A DNA stretch of 64,000 nt from Tortispora ganteri. Its lineage: Eukaryota. This document shows, piece by piece, positions 1 to 10,810 of this stretch; position 1 is the stretch's first letter; every line of letters starts with the position of its first letter. Position numbers and translations under genes: made by a program. Location: positions 62,001-126,000 of the forward strand of contig PPNB01000012.1 of the NCBI GenBank assembly GCA_003707115.1, read 5' to 3'. The notes under the pieces were generated by a model, which ran no database searches, had not been told where the DNA came from, and worked only from the letters and a program-made list of their open reading frames with translations.

Positions 1-1
1 A

Positions 2-1309
2 CCTGAAGAAAGTACTATGTCCAAACCTGGTAACCGCGGAAAACGTGATTCTCAAGTTATACTTATGAGTTTCTTGCAGAAAGTAACGTTTGATGATCGT
101 ATGACACAACTTGAATACGAGATTTTCAATGGAATATGGCGCATTACGGGATTATCTCCTGATTATTATGAAGTTGTTTTGATGGTTGACGCTGATACGA
201 AAGTGTTCCCGGATTGTATGAATCATATGGTTGCTGCAATGGTGCACGATCCTACAATTATGGGTTTATGTGGAGAGACTAAAATTGCCAATAAGATGGC
301 TTCTTATGTTACGATGATCCAGGTGTTTGAATACTATATCTCTCATCATCAAACCAAAGCATTTGAATCTGTTTTTGGTGGTGTTACATGTCTACCTGGT
401 TGTTTTTCGATGTACCGCATCAAGGCACCTAAGGGATCTGAAGGCTATTGGGTACCAATTCTGGCGAATCCTGATATTGTGGACAAGTACTCTGGAAATG
501 TTGTCGATACACTGCACAAAAAGAATCTATTACTTTTGGGAGAGGATCGTTACTTATCAACGCTGATGTTGCGAACGTTCCCTAAAAGGAAACAAGTTTT
601 TGTTCCTCAGGCGGTTTGCAAAACAGTTGTACCTGATAAGTTGAAAATCTTGATGTCTCAGCGCCGACGCTGGATCAATTCTACTGTGCACAATCTTATG
701 GAGCTAATTCTTGTACGAGACTTGTGTGGTGTGTTCTGCATATCTATGCAATTTGTGGTATTTATTGAACTAATCGGAACATTAGTTTTACCTGCAGCTC
801 TTGCCTTTACATTCTATGTTGTTGTCATTGCTATTGTCAAGAGACCTGTGCCGATTATCTCGCTTGTTTTACTGGCATTGATTCTAGGTTTGCCCGGAGT
901 GCTGATTATTGTTACGGCTAAGAGATGGTCATATGTGTTGTGGATGCTCATATATCTTTCTGCGCTACCCGTCTGGAATATCTTGCTGCCATTGAACGCA
1001 TATTGGAAGTTTGACGATTTCAGCTGGGGTGAGACAAGGACCATTCAAGGCGAAGAAGGTAAAGGACACGATACGGCGGATGGAGAATTTGACCATTCTA
1101 AGATAATTATGCGCACATGGAGAGAGTTTGAAATGGATCGCATTGAAGCAGCGAAGAACGCAGATGATCCATTCCCTGATCGGGAATATGTTTATGATCC
1201 GAATGCTCCAAGATGGCACGAGAATATTGTGATTCCATCTCGCACCGACTATGACTATGACGATTGGGATTCGTTTGCTGACTCTGTTCACCGTAGAGAC
1301 AGTACATAA
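2..1309 (+). CDS. CHS3: Chitin synthase, class IV (Chs3-like), 5'-truncated C-terminal part
   Basis: Frame is open from the window edge. [44 protein letters not shown] and DDFSWG motifs, followed by TM helices. Confidence 0.95.
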   Translation, partial: PEESTMSKPGNRGKRDSQVILMSFLQKVTFDDRMTQLEYEIFNGIWRITGLSPDYYEVVLMVDADTKVFPDCMNHMVAAMVHDPTIMGLCGETKIANKMASYVTMIQVFEYYISHHQTKAFESVFGGVTCLPGCFSMYRIKAPKGSEGYWVPILANPDIVDKYSGNVVDTLHKKNLLLLGEDRYLSTLMLRTFPKRKQVFVPQAVCKTVVPDKLKILMSQRRRWINSTVHNLMELILVRDLCGVFCISMQFVVFIELIGTLVLPAALAFTFYVVVIAIVKRPVPIISLVLLALILGLPGVLIIVTAKRWSYVLWMLIYLSALPVWNILLPLNAYWKFDDFSWGETRTIQGEEGKGHDTADGEFDHSKIIMRTWREFEMDRIEAAKNADDPFPDREYVYDPNAPRWHENIVIPSRTDYDYDDWDSFADSVHRRDST

Positions 1310-1380
1310 TTCATCACTGGCTAACGTCTATTAATTAAATTTAAAATATGCATTATTTCTTGCAGTAGAGATATGTAGGG

Positions 1381-1938
1381 TCACATAACTGGCATGAAAC
1401 TGAACGCTGACAGGCCGTCAGGTAGCGTTTTCTTCACAATAGTATGGTTTTCAAGAAGCGTAGCTGCAGCTGGGTTTGCTGATAAGCCTTTTATGGAACC
1501 ACCATCATTGTAAGAGTCAGCACAAAGATAAATCATGGCGTGACTAGAGGACCTGAAGCGAGCGAGTGCTTTTGGCGAAAGAGGCATGAGTGATGCGAAT
1601 ACGCCTATTGATTTTTCAGTTTCGCGACCCAGAACACCTTCCAGTTCGCGAATATTGATCTCACCTGGTTTTTTTGAAGTTGCTTTGCATTGAACAACTA
1701 TTTTAATGTGTTTCCAATTCCCTCTGAGATCTATACCGTGATCGCCGCCGCCGCCGACAATGAACAGATCAAACCCTAGCGGTTTAAGTGCGTCACGAAC
1801 AGTATGTTCAAAGAGTGTACCCTTGTAGACCTGAGAGTCATCAATTCCATGCATTTTTGCATACTGTGCGTATTCTTGTGCGGAATTAAAGTTTTTGAGC
1901 TTTGCCGATGAAGAGTGGCGGACCACTAAGCGTGCCAT
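1381..1938 (-). CDS. RRG7: Rrg7-like / DUF2034 PD-(D/E)xK nuclease-fold protein, probably mitochondrial
   Basis: GTLFE, GGGGDHGIDLRG, VVQCK and IRELEG motifs. Likely ATG at 1938 (MARLVVRHSS, presequence-like); the ORF-track start upstream is TTG. Confidence 0.75.
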   Translation of the reverse strand: MARLVVRHSSSAKLKNFNSAQEYAQYAKMHGIDDSQVYKGTLFEHTVRDALKPLGFDLFIVGGGGDHGIDLRGNWKHIKIVVQCKATSKKPGEINIRELEGVLGRETEKSIGVFASLMPLSPKALARFRSSSHAMIYLCADSYNDGGSIKGLSANPAAATLLENHTIVKKTLPDGLSAFSFMPVM

Positions 1939-2260
1939 GGTGTTTGACCTGATCTGCGTAGGTGTGTGTCGAGAGAGTAACAGTGAAGCTTTACAGAACC
2001 GCGGAATATGATACGTTACAGTATTAAAATTTCGAGGATTATTCTGGAACATATGCCAATAATTTAAAGGAATTAAGGCGCTATAAGTGGTACAATTACC
2101 ACGAATACGGCCGTATTGCATTTGAGGCAGATACTGCGTCAAGGGAGATATGATGTTGGGGTGTGCAAGAAAGGGTATAGACTATAGGGCCCTAAGGGGG
2201 GAGTTCGGCTCCACCTTGATTGCTTTACAAACACTAACAAACCAGCTCTAGTACGTCACG

Positions 2261-3454
2261 ATGCCGCAACTTGAGGAATGGGAAATCAAAAAATATTGGG
2301 AAATTTTCAGCGGGTTGAATCCACAAAATAACGTACTCACGGGTCAACAGGCAGCAAGTGTTTTGAAAAACAGTCGATTAAGCGATGAAGAGCTGGAACG
2401 AATATGGGACCTAGCCGATGTGGACAATGACGGTAATTTGGATTTTGAGGAGTTCTGTGTAGCCATGCGGCTCATTTTTGATAGAATAAATGGTGTCTCT
2501 GCAGTTATTCCTTCGCAGTTACCGGACTGGCTCGTCCCATCGTCTAAAGCTCATCTCGTTACTGCACAATCGGCGATCGCACACCCGCAGCCATCCGGCT
2601 CAGCATACACAGATTATACAGACGATGACGATGACGGTATCCCGCTTAGGGACGATTTTGACTGGTATATGTCGCCTGAGGACAAGAAAAACTACGAAGC
2701 TATCTACACCGCTGACAGTGATCGCCGCGGTATAGTCTCGTTCGAGGCTTTCTCAGAGCTCTACTCGACACTGAACCTACCCGACACAGATGTCCTATCT
2801 GCATGGAACCTTGTCAACCCCAAGAGCGACGAAGGTATCGGCAAGGACCAGGCACTTGTATTTCTCCACATACTCAATAAGCGCACACAGGGGTTCCGCG
2901 TCCCGCGTACAATCCCCGCCTCTCTCCGCGCCTCTTTCCAGACTAATCAGATAAGTTACTCTTTGGATGATAATGCACCACCACAAAGACGGCCCCAGGA
3001 ACCAACTACCTCCAAGCGCACATTCGGAGAGTCCTACCTCAATCGACTAGGTGTGCGTTCGAAGTCCGTCGCAGACATCAAGGGTACAGATTTTAACGCC
3101 ACAAAGGGCACTGACTGGGAAGAGGTCAGACTGAAACGCGAGCTTGAGAATCTTGAGGCACAAATTAAAGCAGCGACAGAGGCTAGGGAACGTCGTAAAA
3201 GAGAGATTGCGAAATCAAATGCCCCGCTTGTCAAACGAGAACTGCAGCAGCTGCACGAGTACAAGCGGGAAGTCCTACGTAAACTCGAAAGTGGCGACCT
3301 TAACGGCGGAAATTCTAACAATAGTTTAGATTCCATTCGCGAAGATATAGATTTAATCAAGTCGCAGATCGGAATGCTGGAAGAGTTCGCTGAGCAGCGC
3401 AAAAAAGTGCTTAGTGATATAAAAGCAGACATCGAATACGAGAGAAGAAAGTGA
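2261..3454 (+). CDS. END3: EH-domain endocytic protein End3
   Basis: MPQLEEWEIKKYWEIF start, EH/EF-hand IWDLADVDNDGNLDFEEF, second EH domain, TDWEEVRLKREL, C-terminal coiled coil. Confidence 0.95.
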   Translation: MPQLEEWEIKKYWEIFSGLNPQNNVLTGQQAASVLKNSRLSDEELERIWDLADVDNDGNLDFEEFCVAMRLIFDRINGVSAVIPSQLPDWLVPSSKAHLVTAQSAIAHPQPSGSAYTDYTDDDDDGIPLRDDFDWYMSPEDKKNYEAIYTADSDRRGIVSFEAFSELYSTLNLPDTDVLSAWNLVNPKSDEGIGKDQALVFLHILNKRTQGFRVPRTIPASLRASFQTNQISYSLDDNAPPQRRPQEPTTSKRTFGESYLNRLGVRSKSVADIKGTDFNATKGTDWEEVRLKRELENLEAQIKAATEARERRKREIAKSNAPLVKRELQQLHEYKREVLRKLESGDLNGGNSNNSLDSIREDIDLIKSQIGMLEEFAEQRKKVLSDIKADIEYERRK

Positions 3455-3516
3455 CGTCGCACCGTAAAATGAATAACATTTGTCTTTTAATTAGATGTAG
3501 AATAAATCATTAGTTC

Positions 3517-4737
3517 TTAGTCTAGTGGCTCCCTCTCGAGATCTTCTAGCGTTATCAGGGGAGAAGAGTCACGGACTTGGGCCATTTCTGCCGGAGCGGG
3601 TGTGGCTGTGGAACTGGACGTATGTGTATGTAGATTATCTCTTCTGAAATTGTGTTCGCGCGGACTCAGACTAGTCAGATCAATATTTGTTCTGCAGACT
3701 GGACATGATATAGAACGGCTTAACCACGTCGTTATGCATTCTTCGTCAAAATCGTGCTGGCAAGGCAGAGTAACGATTGTAGTGCTGGGCGAATAAGACT
3801 CTTGACATATCGGGCAGGCTGATGCGGAAGTCAGCATGTCTGGAGTGGGAAAAGATCTTGTTAGCCTGTCTATCTGCTCCGTTGAAAGATGGTTTAAGGG
3901 CGGTGGGCCGCCAGTCATCATTTGCAAAAAGCCAGATCGGTAGAGCGCATCATATACCGGCGCCGATATGATAGACTGCAATGGTCCAGATCCGTCAGAA
4001 AATTCTCCAGAGCCGCGAGGTAAGGAGTTTATGTCGCCGTTGCTTGAAACCATCGATAAGACAGGAGAGTTGCTGGAAACGTAGTGGGTTCCTCGTCTGG
4101 TGCGTCGCGACCCAGATGTGTTCACTGCACTGGAATTTCTGCTGCGTATACGTCCCAACAAGTCATGTATCTGTGTGATTCTACTCATTTGTGGGGAGGT
4201 AGCAGGATGTATAATATCATCAGGCCCAGGGCCCGATGATCCGGGTGAGTGAAATGGATCAATGGGGTTGGCAGAGAAGGCGCCGAAGAAGTCCTCATAC
4301 GGACTCACGCCTTCACCGTCGTCTGTGCCCATATGTTGTCTATTTGCTGGCGCAAAATTTAGCAGCATGTTGAATAAGTTCTCAATAGTGATATAAGGGT
4401 CTGGAGAGGAATCGGAAGCGCGAAAGTCCGCATCCGATGAATCAAACTGCGACTGTTGCGCAGGTGAGTCGGTGACGACATCAGGAGAGCTAGGTAGATC
4501 GTCCTCCTCGTATAAAAAACTATCAGCGTTGAAGAATGAAGCTACTAATGTGCCAGGGTTATCTGGTGAGGACGTTGCGCTCATAATCGGTGAATCTGGT
4601 GATTGGTGATTACGATTGACGGCAGGTCTATCAAGAAGCTGAACGAAGGAGCTACGACAAATAACGCATGCAGGCTCTTCAGGCTCAGACTCTAAAGCGA
4701 ATATCTGTTGGCAGTTATAGCAATAGTATTCAGACAT
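3517..4737 (-). CDS. RING-type E3 ubiquitin ligase with N-terminal C4 zinc ribbon (RNF115/RNF126-like layout)
   Basis: N-terminal YCYNC..CVIC..SFV, long Ser/Pro-rich linker, C-terminal CPIC-x15-CQHDFDEEC..W..CPVCR. Confidence 0.85.
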   Translation of the reverse strand: MSEYYCYNCQQIFALESEPEEPACVICRSSFVQLLDRPAVNRNHQSPDSPIMSATSSPDNPGTLVASFFNADSFLYEEDDLPSSPDVVTDSPAQQSQFDSSDADFRASDSSPDPYITIENLFNMLLNFAPANRQHMGTDDGEGVSPYEDFFGAFSANPIDPFHSPGSSGPGPDDIIHPATSPQMSRITQIHDLLGRIRSRNSSAVNTSGSRRTRRGTHYVSSNSPVLSMVSSNGDINSLPRGSGEFSDGSGPLQSIISAPVYDALYRSGFLQMMTGGPPPLNHLSTEQIDRLTRSFPTPDMLTSASACPICQESYSPSTTIVTLPCQHDFDEECITTWLSRSISCPVCRTNIDLTSLSPREHNFRRDNLHTHTSSSTATPAPAEMAQVRDSSPLITLEDLEREPLD

Positions 4738-4992
4738 TGTGGGGTTTGTGCAAAGTGTTGAAACAAAGTGAGGGTTCCGTTATGGGCGGGATCCAATGAG
4801 GCAAATGGGGATGGGGGGGAAGGGAAGGAGTCAGAGCGTAGCTGAGGGGGGGAGGGACAGAGTCAGTATGAAGCCAGTCGGATTTTGCAGCAACGGAAGC
4901 AATAAAAAGTCAATAAGAAAATATATGCTAGACACTAAATAGTCTGGTTCGGTGATCATTGATGTTTTCTGACAATATCCAACTAAACGACC

Positions 4993-5554
4993 TCAACGTT
5001 TACGGGCGGCAATTGCAGCGATAATGCCACCTGCTGCGGCGATGATCCCACCGGCAACAGCGAGCCCAATAAGGCCTTCCTTTGTGACTTTTCCATCGAT
5101 ATACTTGCCTAAAGATATCGCCTGTTCATTATGGGGCTCACGTTCTAGAAGGATATCGTTATAACGTCTAGCGTCGCTGTAGTTGCCAAGTTTGGTATGG
5201 CCGAGCGCCAGGTAGTAGAGACACTCTCTACGGCGATCAGGCACATCGCGAAACAGTTCAGAAAGTATTTTGACACCTAACTGTTGGGCAGATCGTTTAC
5301 GCGAGCGAACAAGACCCCATGCGTAGTTAAAACTCAGCTGTGTAGTGACATATTCGCCCTCACGCTCGTATTCTCGGCGTAGTACGTCTAATTCTTGATC
5401 CGATATCGGGCTACATGGGTGTTAGCGCGTTATCGCGGGTAATCTAGGGATGTAACTTACAATTCCAAATCTGCAATATCTAGAGTATCAGTGTTAGCGA
5501 CCAGTCCGGCTGTTACCGCGTAGGCTGCTACTTACAGGGCAGCTTCTTCTCCAT
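4993..5554 (-). CDS. FIS1: Mitochondrial/peroxisomal fission protein Fis1; 3 exons (5554-5536, 5479-5461, 5410-4993), 151 aa
   Basis: Spliced product reads [57 protein letters not shown] plus C-terminal TM and RKR. Both introns have GTAAGT, GCTAAC and TAG and keep the frame. Confidence 0.95.
5411..5460 (-). other. Spliceosomal intron 2 of FIS1 (50 nt)
   Basis: GTAAGT donor, GCTAAC branch point, GTAG acceptor; frame preserved. Confidence 0.9.
5480..5535 (-). other. Spliceosomal intron 1 of FIS1 (56 nt)
   Basis: GTAAGT donor, GCTAAC branch point, CTAG acceptor; restores the conserved LPY. Confidence 0.9.
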
Positions 5555-5651
5555 AGCTTGCATTAGTGGTGGCGGAGGTTGGGAAGTGGGTGGAGTGGGC
5601 GCGATGGAGGCAGACAGTCCGCGAGAGTGCGTACTCGCTATGGCGACGACA

Positions 5652-6759
5652 CTATTGAGCACTCACGAGGTTTTCACATTCCTTACCGCTTAGCAGCGTA
5701 GCACAATTGGCTGCGGTCGTGTCGGCAATGTTCTCGAGTGCTTCGCGCGTTAGGAATGCCTGGTGGCCCGTAACACTCACATTCGGGAAAGTCAGCAAAC
5801 GGCTGAACACGTCATCCTGTATAATGTTGCTGGACGAATCTTTAAAGAATAGATCGCTCTCATCTTCATAGACATCCAACGCAACCGAGCCGATCTTTCG
5901 GCTCTTTAGCCCATTGATGAGCGCCTTGGTGTCAATCAGCCCACCGCGGGAAGAATTGATAAGCATAACGCCAGTCTTCATTTGCTCAATTGTGTTAGAG
6001 TTGATAATATACTTAGTTTCAGGTGATAAAGGACAGTGTAGCGAGATAATGTCGGACTTGTTCAGAAGTTCTGGCATATCAACGTACGTATACCCCTCGG
6101 TTGGGTAGAGATCGTAACAAATGACGTTCATTCCGAATCCCTTAGACAAAATTTCTATTACACAGCGTCCAATCTTTCCTGTACCAATAATTCCAGCGGT
6201 TTTGCCCGACAAATCAAAGCCAGTTAGCCCCTCCAGGTTGAAGTTACCTGCACGCGCTCGCGCATACGCCAGATGAAGCTTCCTATTGAGCATAAGAATC
6301 TGGCCGACAGCGAACTCGGCAACCGCATGTGGAGAGTACGCCGGTACACGCGCTACCTTTATGTCAAACTCTTTACATGCAGCCAAGTCGACGTTGTTGA
6401 ACCCTGCGCATCTTAACAGGATGTGTTTCAGACCTTTACTTGCCAGATAGCTGATAACCGTAGCGTTTAGATCATCATTGACAAAAACACACACAACTTG
6501 GTAATTTTCTGCTAGAACAACGGTCTCTTCAGTGAGTGCCGATTCAAAAAAGAAAGGGCTAAACCCGAATTTCTTAAAAGCTGGTTCCAGTGCGTGTTTG
6601 TCGTATCGTTTAGTGGAGAACACAGCGATGCGAGTCCTAGTCTGTTAGAAAAGCTGTCCAAAATCTGTTTAGTAAACATATATACAATTGCACTAAACAC
6701 ACTTACTCTCGCAGATGATCGTGGATAAATTCAATGATTTTAGGCGCTCTATGCATCAT
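5652..6759 (-). CDS. NAD-dependent D-lactate / D-2-hydroxyacid dehydrogenase, LdhA-like; 2 exons (6759-6707, 6636-5652), 345 aa
   Basis: RIAVFSTKRYD, RCAGFNNVDL, RVPAYSPHAVAE, GTGKIG (Rossmann), SLHCPL, NSSRG, DVYEDE, TGHQAFLT. Splicing gives MMHRAPKIIEFIHDHLRE-TRIAVFST. Confidence 0.92.
6637..6706 (-). other. Spliceosomal intron of the D-LDH gene (70 nt)
   Basis: GTAAGT at 6706, TCTAAC branch, TAG acceptor at 6637. Removes an in-frame TAA and joins an ATG-containing exon in frame. Confidence 0.85.
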
Positions 6760-7298
6760 CGATGAGTCTTTATTGATCTTTACTTATCTGATATCAACCT
6801 TGGCATCTTTAAATAAGAACCCTAATCCATGATTATATAGCAGAAGCAATTTTTTCTTCCCTCTTTCACCTCAGATTCTTACAACCATAAGTACAATAAG
6901 ACACATTTGAGTCTTTGATACCTGTTTGACCTTTTGTACTACTGTAGAATGTAACGTAATTAATTATTTGCAAGGACATTTGCCTTTTGTTTGGATTTAC
7001 ATAACTTGAAAAACAGAAACTGTCCTATGCTATAGCGACTTGTCACTAGCTCCACCCTGGTTTGGTCTTTCTCTGTACCCTTTCGGGACTACAAACTAGT
7101 GTACATATTTGAATTATCTAGTGCATCTACTAGAACTACTTACTCCATACTTGCTCATAAAACAACTCGCCTTATTCGGGCACCTGCTACTTTTCACCCA
7201 CACTTTTGCGTAACCTTATTAGCGAACAAACCTCTCCCCCTTTTCCTTTCCTCCCCTCCCATCCTTTTTTCCACCTTTTACCGTTCAGCCATATAGTC

Positions 7299-8368
7299 AT
7301 GTCTTCAGTACGTATATATTCCTGCCTAGGCAGTTGATTAGCCTGCAAATCATTACCTGCCGCGATTTGTTTGTGCGAATCGCCATTATTTGCCTCAAAC
7401 CCCGCAATAACGCCGCTACTTAAGGTGTTCTCTCACACGTTGCACATGCATGCGTTGTACATCCTTTATCTACGCCCCATACTAACAGTATCTAGGGATA
7501 TGGAAACTATGGTCAGCAGCCCAATCCGTACCAGCAGTCGTACGAGATGGCGCCATACACTCAGCAACAGCAGGTTAATGCAGGCAGCAGCGACCTGGAA
7601 GCCTTTTTCCAAAATGTAGACCGCATTCGCTCCGACATAATGCAGTTCGAAGACCGCGTCTCACACATTGAGACTCTTCACGCCAAGACTCTCAATGAAA
7701 TAGACGAGGAAAACCAAATGATCGCCGAACAACAGCTCGAGGCTCTTGCTACCGACGTCTCCTCCGCAGGTCAAGGCCTCAAGAAACAAATCCAGCTTCT
7801 TGAAAATTCCGCAAAGAATGACTCTACCAAGAGAATCCAAACCCAAAATGTTAAAAGAAAGTTCATGGATGCCATACAGCGATATCAGAGCGTTGAAGCT
7901 GCGTACCGGTCACGCTACAAACAACGTGCAGCCCGCCAGTATCGAATCGTCCGCCCGGAGGCCACTGACGAGGAGGTCAATGCGGCTATAGAAGACTCCG
8001 CAGGTCAGCAAATATTTTCCCAGGCACTACTGCAATCAAATCGACGCGGTGAGGCTAGAACTGCTCTCACAGAAGTTCAGGCACGTCACCGCGATATACA
8101 GCGTATAGAACGCACTATGGCCGAACTTGCGCAGCTCTTCAAAGACATGGAACTGATGGTTGCAGAACAAGACACAATGATCGCCCATATTGACGACCGG
8201 GCACAAGCCGTACAGAACGATATTGAACAGGGCGTTGCTGAAACTGACAAAGCCGTACAACACGCTCGAGCTGCTCGCCGCAAACGTTGGATCTGTTTCG
8301 GTATCATATGTGCTATCCTGATCATTGTTGCCGTCATCATCATCGCATGGTATTTCTCTACTCACTAA
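7299..8368 (+). CDS. SSO1: Plasma-membrane syntaxin (Sso1/Sso2); 2 exons (7299-7307, 7496-8368), 293 aa
   Basis: Habc domain, RQYRIVRPEAT, SNARE motif EVQARHRDIQRIERTMAELAQLF, ARAARRKRW plus C-terminal TM. A 9-nt first exon (ATGTCTTCA) splices in frame to GYGNYGQQPNPY. Confidence 0.93.
7308..7495 (+). other. Spliceosomal intron of SSO1 (188 nt)
   Basis: GTACGT donor, TACTAAC branch point (7480-7486), CTAG acceptor; frame-consistent with the ORF at 7547. Confidence 0.85.
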
Positions 8369-8660
8369 GCACCCCAGCCCTCTCTCCTGGCTTAGTGAAT
8401 CATGCACATATAACTGCTCCGTTCTTCGCCCTACCTGTACACTGTGTTCCTATATGGTACTATGCTGTTTTACAGTCTAAACAAGTCTCTCTTTACCGTA
8501 CTCCAGTTCTATTACACTAATTTCATATTTGCTTTATGTAACCCTGACCAATCATAGCCCTCCAATGATCCCAAACTTTCGTACCCACCTCGAAGGTCTT
8601 TTTTATGTGCAATTTTCTCTCTTCAGTTTTCCTCTCTGTGTAATTTTTAATTCAGAGATC

Positions 8661-10709
8661 ATGAATATTCATCGCTGTCGTTTTGTCGATTGGGAGCCTG
8701 CAGTTGTCACTACGCTTGCATTCTCCGATGCTGAAAGTGAGGACACTTTGAGGCTTGCCGCCGGCCGTGCTAACGGTGACATAGAGATTTACGACCCGCG
8801 ATACAACTGGGCCTTAGAGTCGTCGATCAAGGGTGGTACTGGCAGATCCATTGAGAGTATGACCTGGTGTAAGGGATATTTATACACTACTGGTGGAAGT
8901 GCGACTGTGGTGCAGTGGGATCTGGTGTTGGCAGCACCTATGAATCAGTATACGCTACATTCGATTGTCTGGTGTATTGCGTCAAACGGATCAAACTTGG
9001 CTGCAGGGTGCGACGACGGCGCTGTGGTAGTCCTATCGGCAGAAGGTGACCAGAAAATTTTGCAAAGACAGCCGAGTAGAGTTCTCAGCATCACCTGGAT
9101 AGATCATCGCATAGCAGGCGGTTGTGCTGACGGCCGTATACGAATATGGGATTCACAGACCGGCCATATCATTGCTACAATGACCGCCGACAAGCCCTCA
9201 AGGGACGAAGACGTAGTTATATGGTCGATAAAGACTCTCGGAGATGGAAATATTGCCACTGGAGACTCTACTGGTGCCGTATCGTTCTGGAACACTACCC
9301 ATTATACCCTTATGCAAGTTTTTCGCAACCACAAGGCCGATGTGCTTACTTTGGCCACATCTGGATCTATATTGTATTCAGCAGGTGTTGATAAGATTAT
9401 ACAATGCTATACGAAGACAGACAGGAAGTGGATGCAGACTAATTCCCGGTTACTACATTGCCATGATGTCAGAGCCTTGTCTCTACATGAGTCTCCATCG
9501 CTTAAGACGCTCGTTTCTGGCGGAGTAGAACGATCTATTGTTATAAGTTCAGCAGAACCTTTTGAGTTTGCCCAAGGTCTATTCCGCCGGATCCCCATAT
9601 CCCCACAGCGACCCATTGTCTCTGTTAACCGGTCCAAGAGGCTCATTGTACTCTGGTATGAAACGACTGTGACTATCTGGAGACTAGGTGCAGACGCAGA
9701 GCACAAATCATACCGAAAACTTGTTTCAATGCAGCTGAAGACTGAGGAATTCATTACACATGCTGCACTGTCTTTAGACGCATCACTTTTGGTAGTTGCA
9801 ACTGCCTTTGAAACTAAACTCTACAAGCTCAAATGGACTTCGGATTCACCCGCTCCTGAAGTATTAAAAGCTGATCTTCCTTTTGACCACGGCGCTAAGC
9901 TTGTTGCTTTTGCAGGTTTGGCGCAGCACCCTTCACTGGTTCTTGTCACCGAAACCTCAGATGTCCTGCGTCTACCTGCCCCGGGTGCAGACCGGCCCGG
10001 CACGATTGAAGTGATCAGTGATGAGCAAAATGACCCTTCAAACCCGATAAATATCATAGCCACAGGAGATACCGATCTTGTTGCAGTTGGTAGACTATCA
10101 GGTACAATAGACGTGTACAGCGGCGCTCGTGGCCGGCATGTATGTCGTGTACCTGGACTCGGTGCCATGATAACGTCGTTGTCGCTACATAATAATCTTC
10201 TAGTAGCAATAACGGCTGAAATGAACATTATCGAGTACGACACCTCGTTAAAATCGTTTACTAAATGGAGTAATAGGAACGCCGATGCTGTTCCCGAGGA
10301 ACTTAGATGTCTCGTGGACAAGTGTCTGGGGATCTTTTACACCGAATCTAAGCCGGAATTTATATGGCTTTGGGGAGCTAATTGGTTGGCATATATAGAC
10401 AAATCAAGCGACTTTGTGTTAGAAGAAGGCCGCAATCCTCTCAAGCGTAAACGTGATGTCCTTTCGATCGCGCGCGAAGAGACTACAGACGGTATCTCAA
10501 ATTTGGTACTGCTGCGGCGAAACGATTCGTCTGATAATGTGTCTTCCGCTGGTCAGGGAAAAGGCTACTGGATCACGTACAAATACAGGAACATACTGTG
10601 TGCATCGTCACTGTCGACCGACGAACTGGTAGTGGTTGAAAGACCGTCATTTGACATCAAATTGCCACGGTCGTTCTGGACAAAGAAGGTTGCAGTGAAT
10701 GGACTGTAG
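8661..10709 (+). CDS. UTP4: U3 snoRNP / SSU processome WD40 protein Utp4
   Basis: MNIHRCRFVD start, RLAAGRANGDIEI, WD40 repeats, HDVRAL, WLWGANW, C-terminal ELVVVERP. Confidence 0.93.
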   Translation: MNIHRCRFVDWEPAVVTTLAFSDAESEDTLRLAAGRANGDIEIYDPRYNWALESSIKGGTGRSIESMTWCKGYLYTTGGSATVVQWDLVLAAPMNQYTLHSIVWCIASNGSNLAAGCDDGAVVVLSAEGDQKILQRQPSRVLSITWIDHRIAGGCADGRIRIWDSQTGHIIATMTADKPSRDEDVVIWSIKTLGDGNIATGDSTGAVSFWNTTHYTLMQVFRNHKADVLTLATSGSILYSAGVDKIIQCYTKTDRKWMQTNSRLLHCHDVRALSLHESPSLKTLVSGGVERSIVISSAEPFEFAQGLFRRIPISPQRPIVSVNRSKRLIVLWYETTVTIWRLGADAEHKSYRKLVSMQLKTEEFITHAALSLDASLLVVATAFETKLYKLKWTSDSPAPEVLKADLPFDHGAKLVAFAGLAQHPSLVLVTETSDVLRLPAPGADRPGTIEVISDEQNDPSNPINIIATGDTDLVAVGRLSGTIDVYSGARGRHVCRVPGLGAMITSLSLHNNLLVAITAEMNIIEYDTSLKSFTKWSNRNADAVPEELRCLVDKCLGIFYTESKPEFIWLWGANWLAYIDKSSDFVLEEGRNPLKRKRDVLSIAREETTDGISNLVLLRRNDSSDNVSSAGQGKGYWITYKYRNILCASSLSTDELVVVERPSFDIKLPRSFWTKKVAVNGL

Positions 10710-10801
10710 TAGCAGCATGCACTGACATAATAACTATCTACTATACTATTCCGAGACGAATTTCGATGACAATCAGTATATTCACATGTACTTTATTTGG
10801 A

Positions 10802-10810
10802 TCACGTGAC
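10802..10810. promoter_or_regulatory. bHLH E-box TCACGTGAC (Cbf1/Tye7-type site)
   Basis: Exact motif about 170 nt upstream of the ATG at 10978; single occurrence. Confidence 0.35.

Noticed and set aside
1381..1938. Restriction-endonuclease-fold ORF as a mobile or defence element
   Set aside because: Matches the conserved fungal Rrg7/DUF2034 pattern; no methylase, repeats or mobility genes nearby.
8529..8660. ORF-track N-terminal extensions from TTG/GTG starts (UTP4; also RRG7, SEH1, FAA1, PRO3, PEX2, ATP18 and others)
   Set aside because: Eukaryotic genes; family homology begins at or near a downstream ATG.
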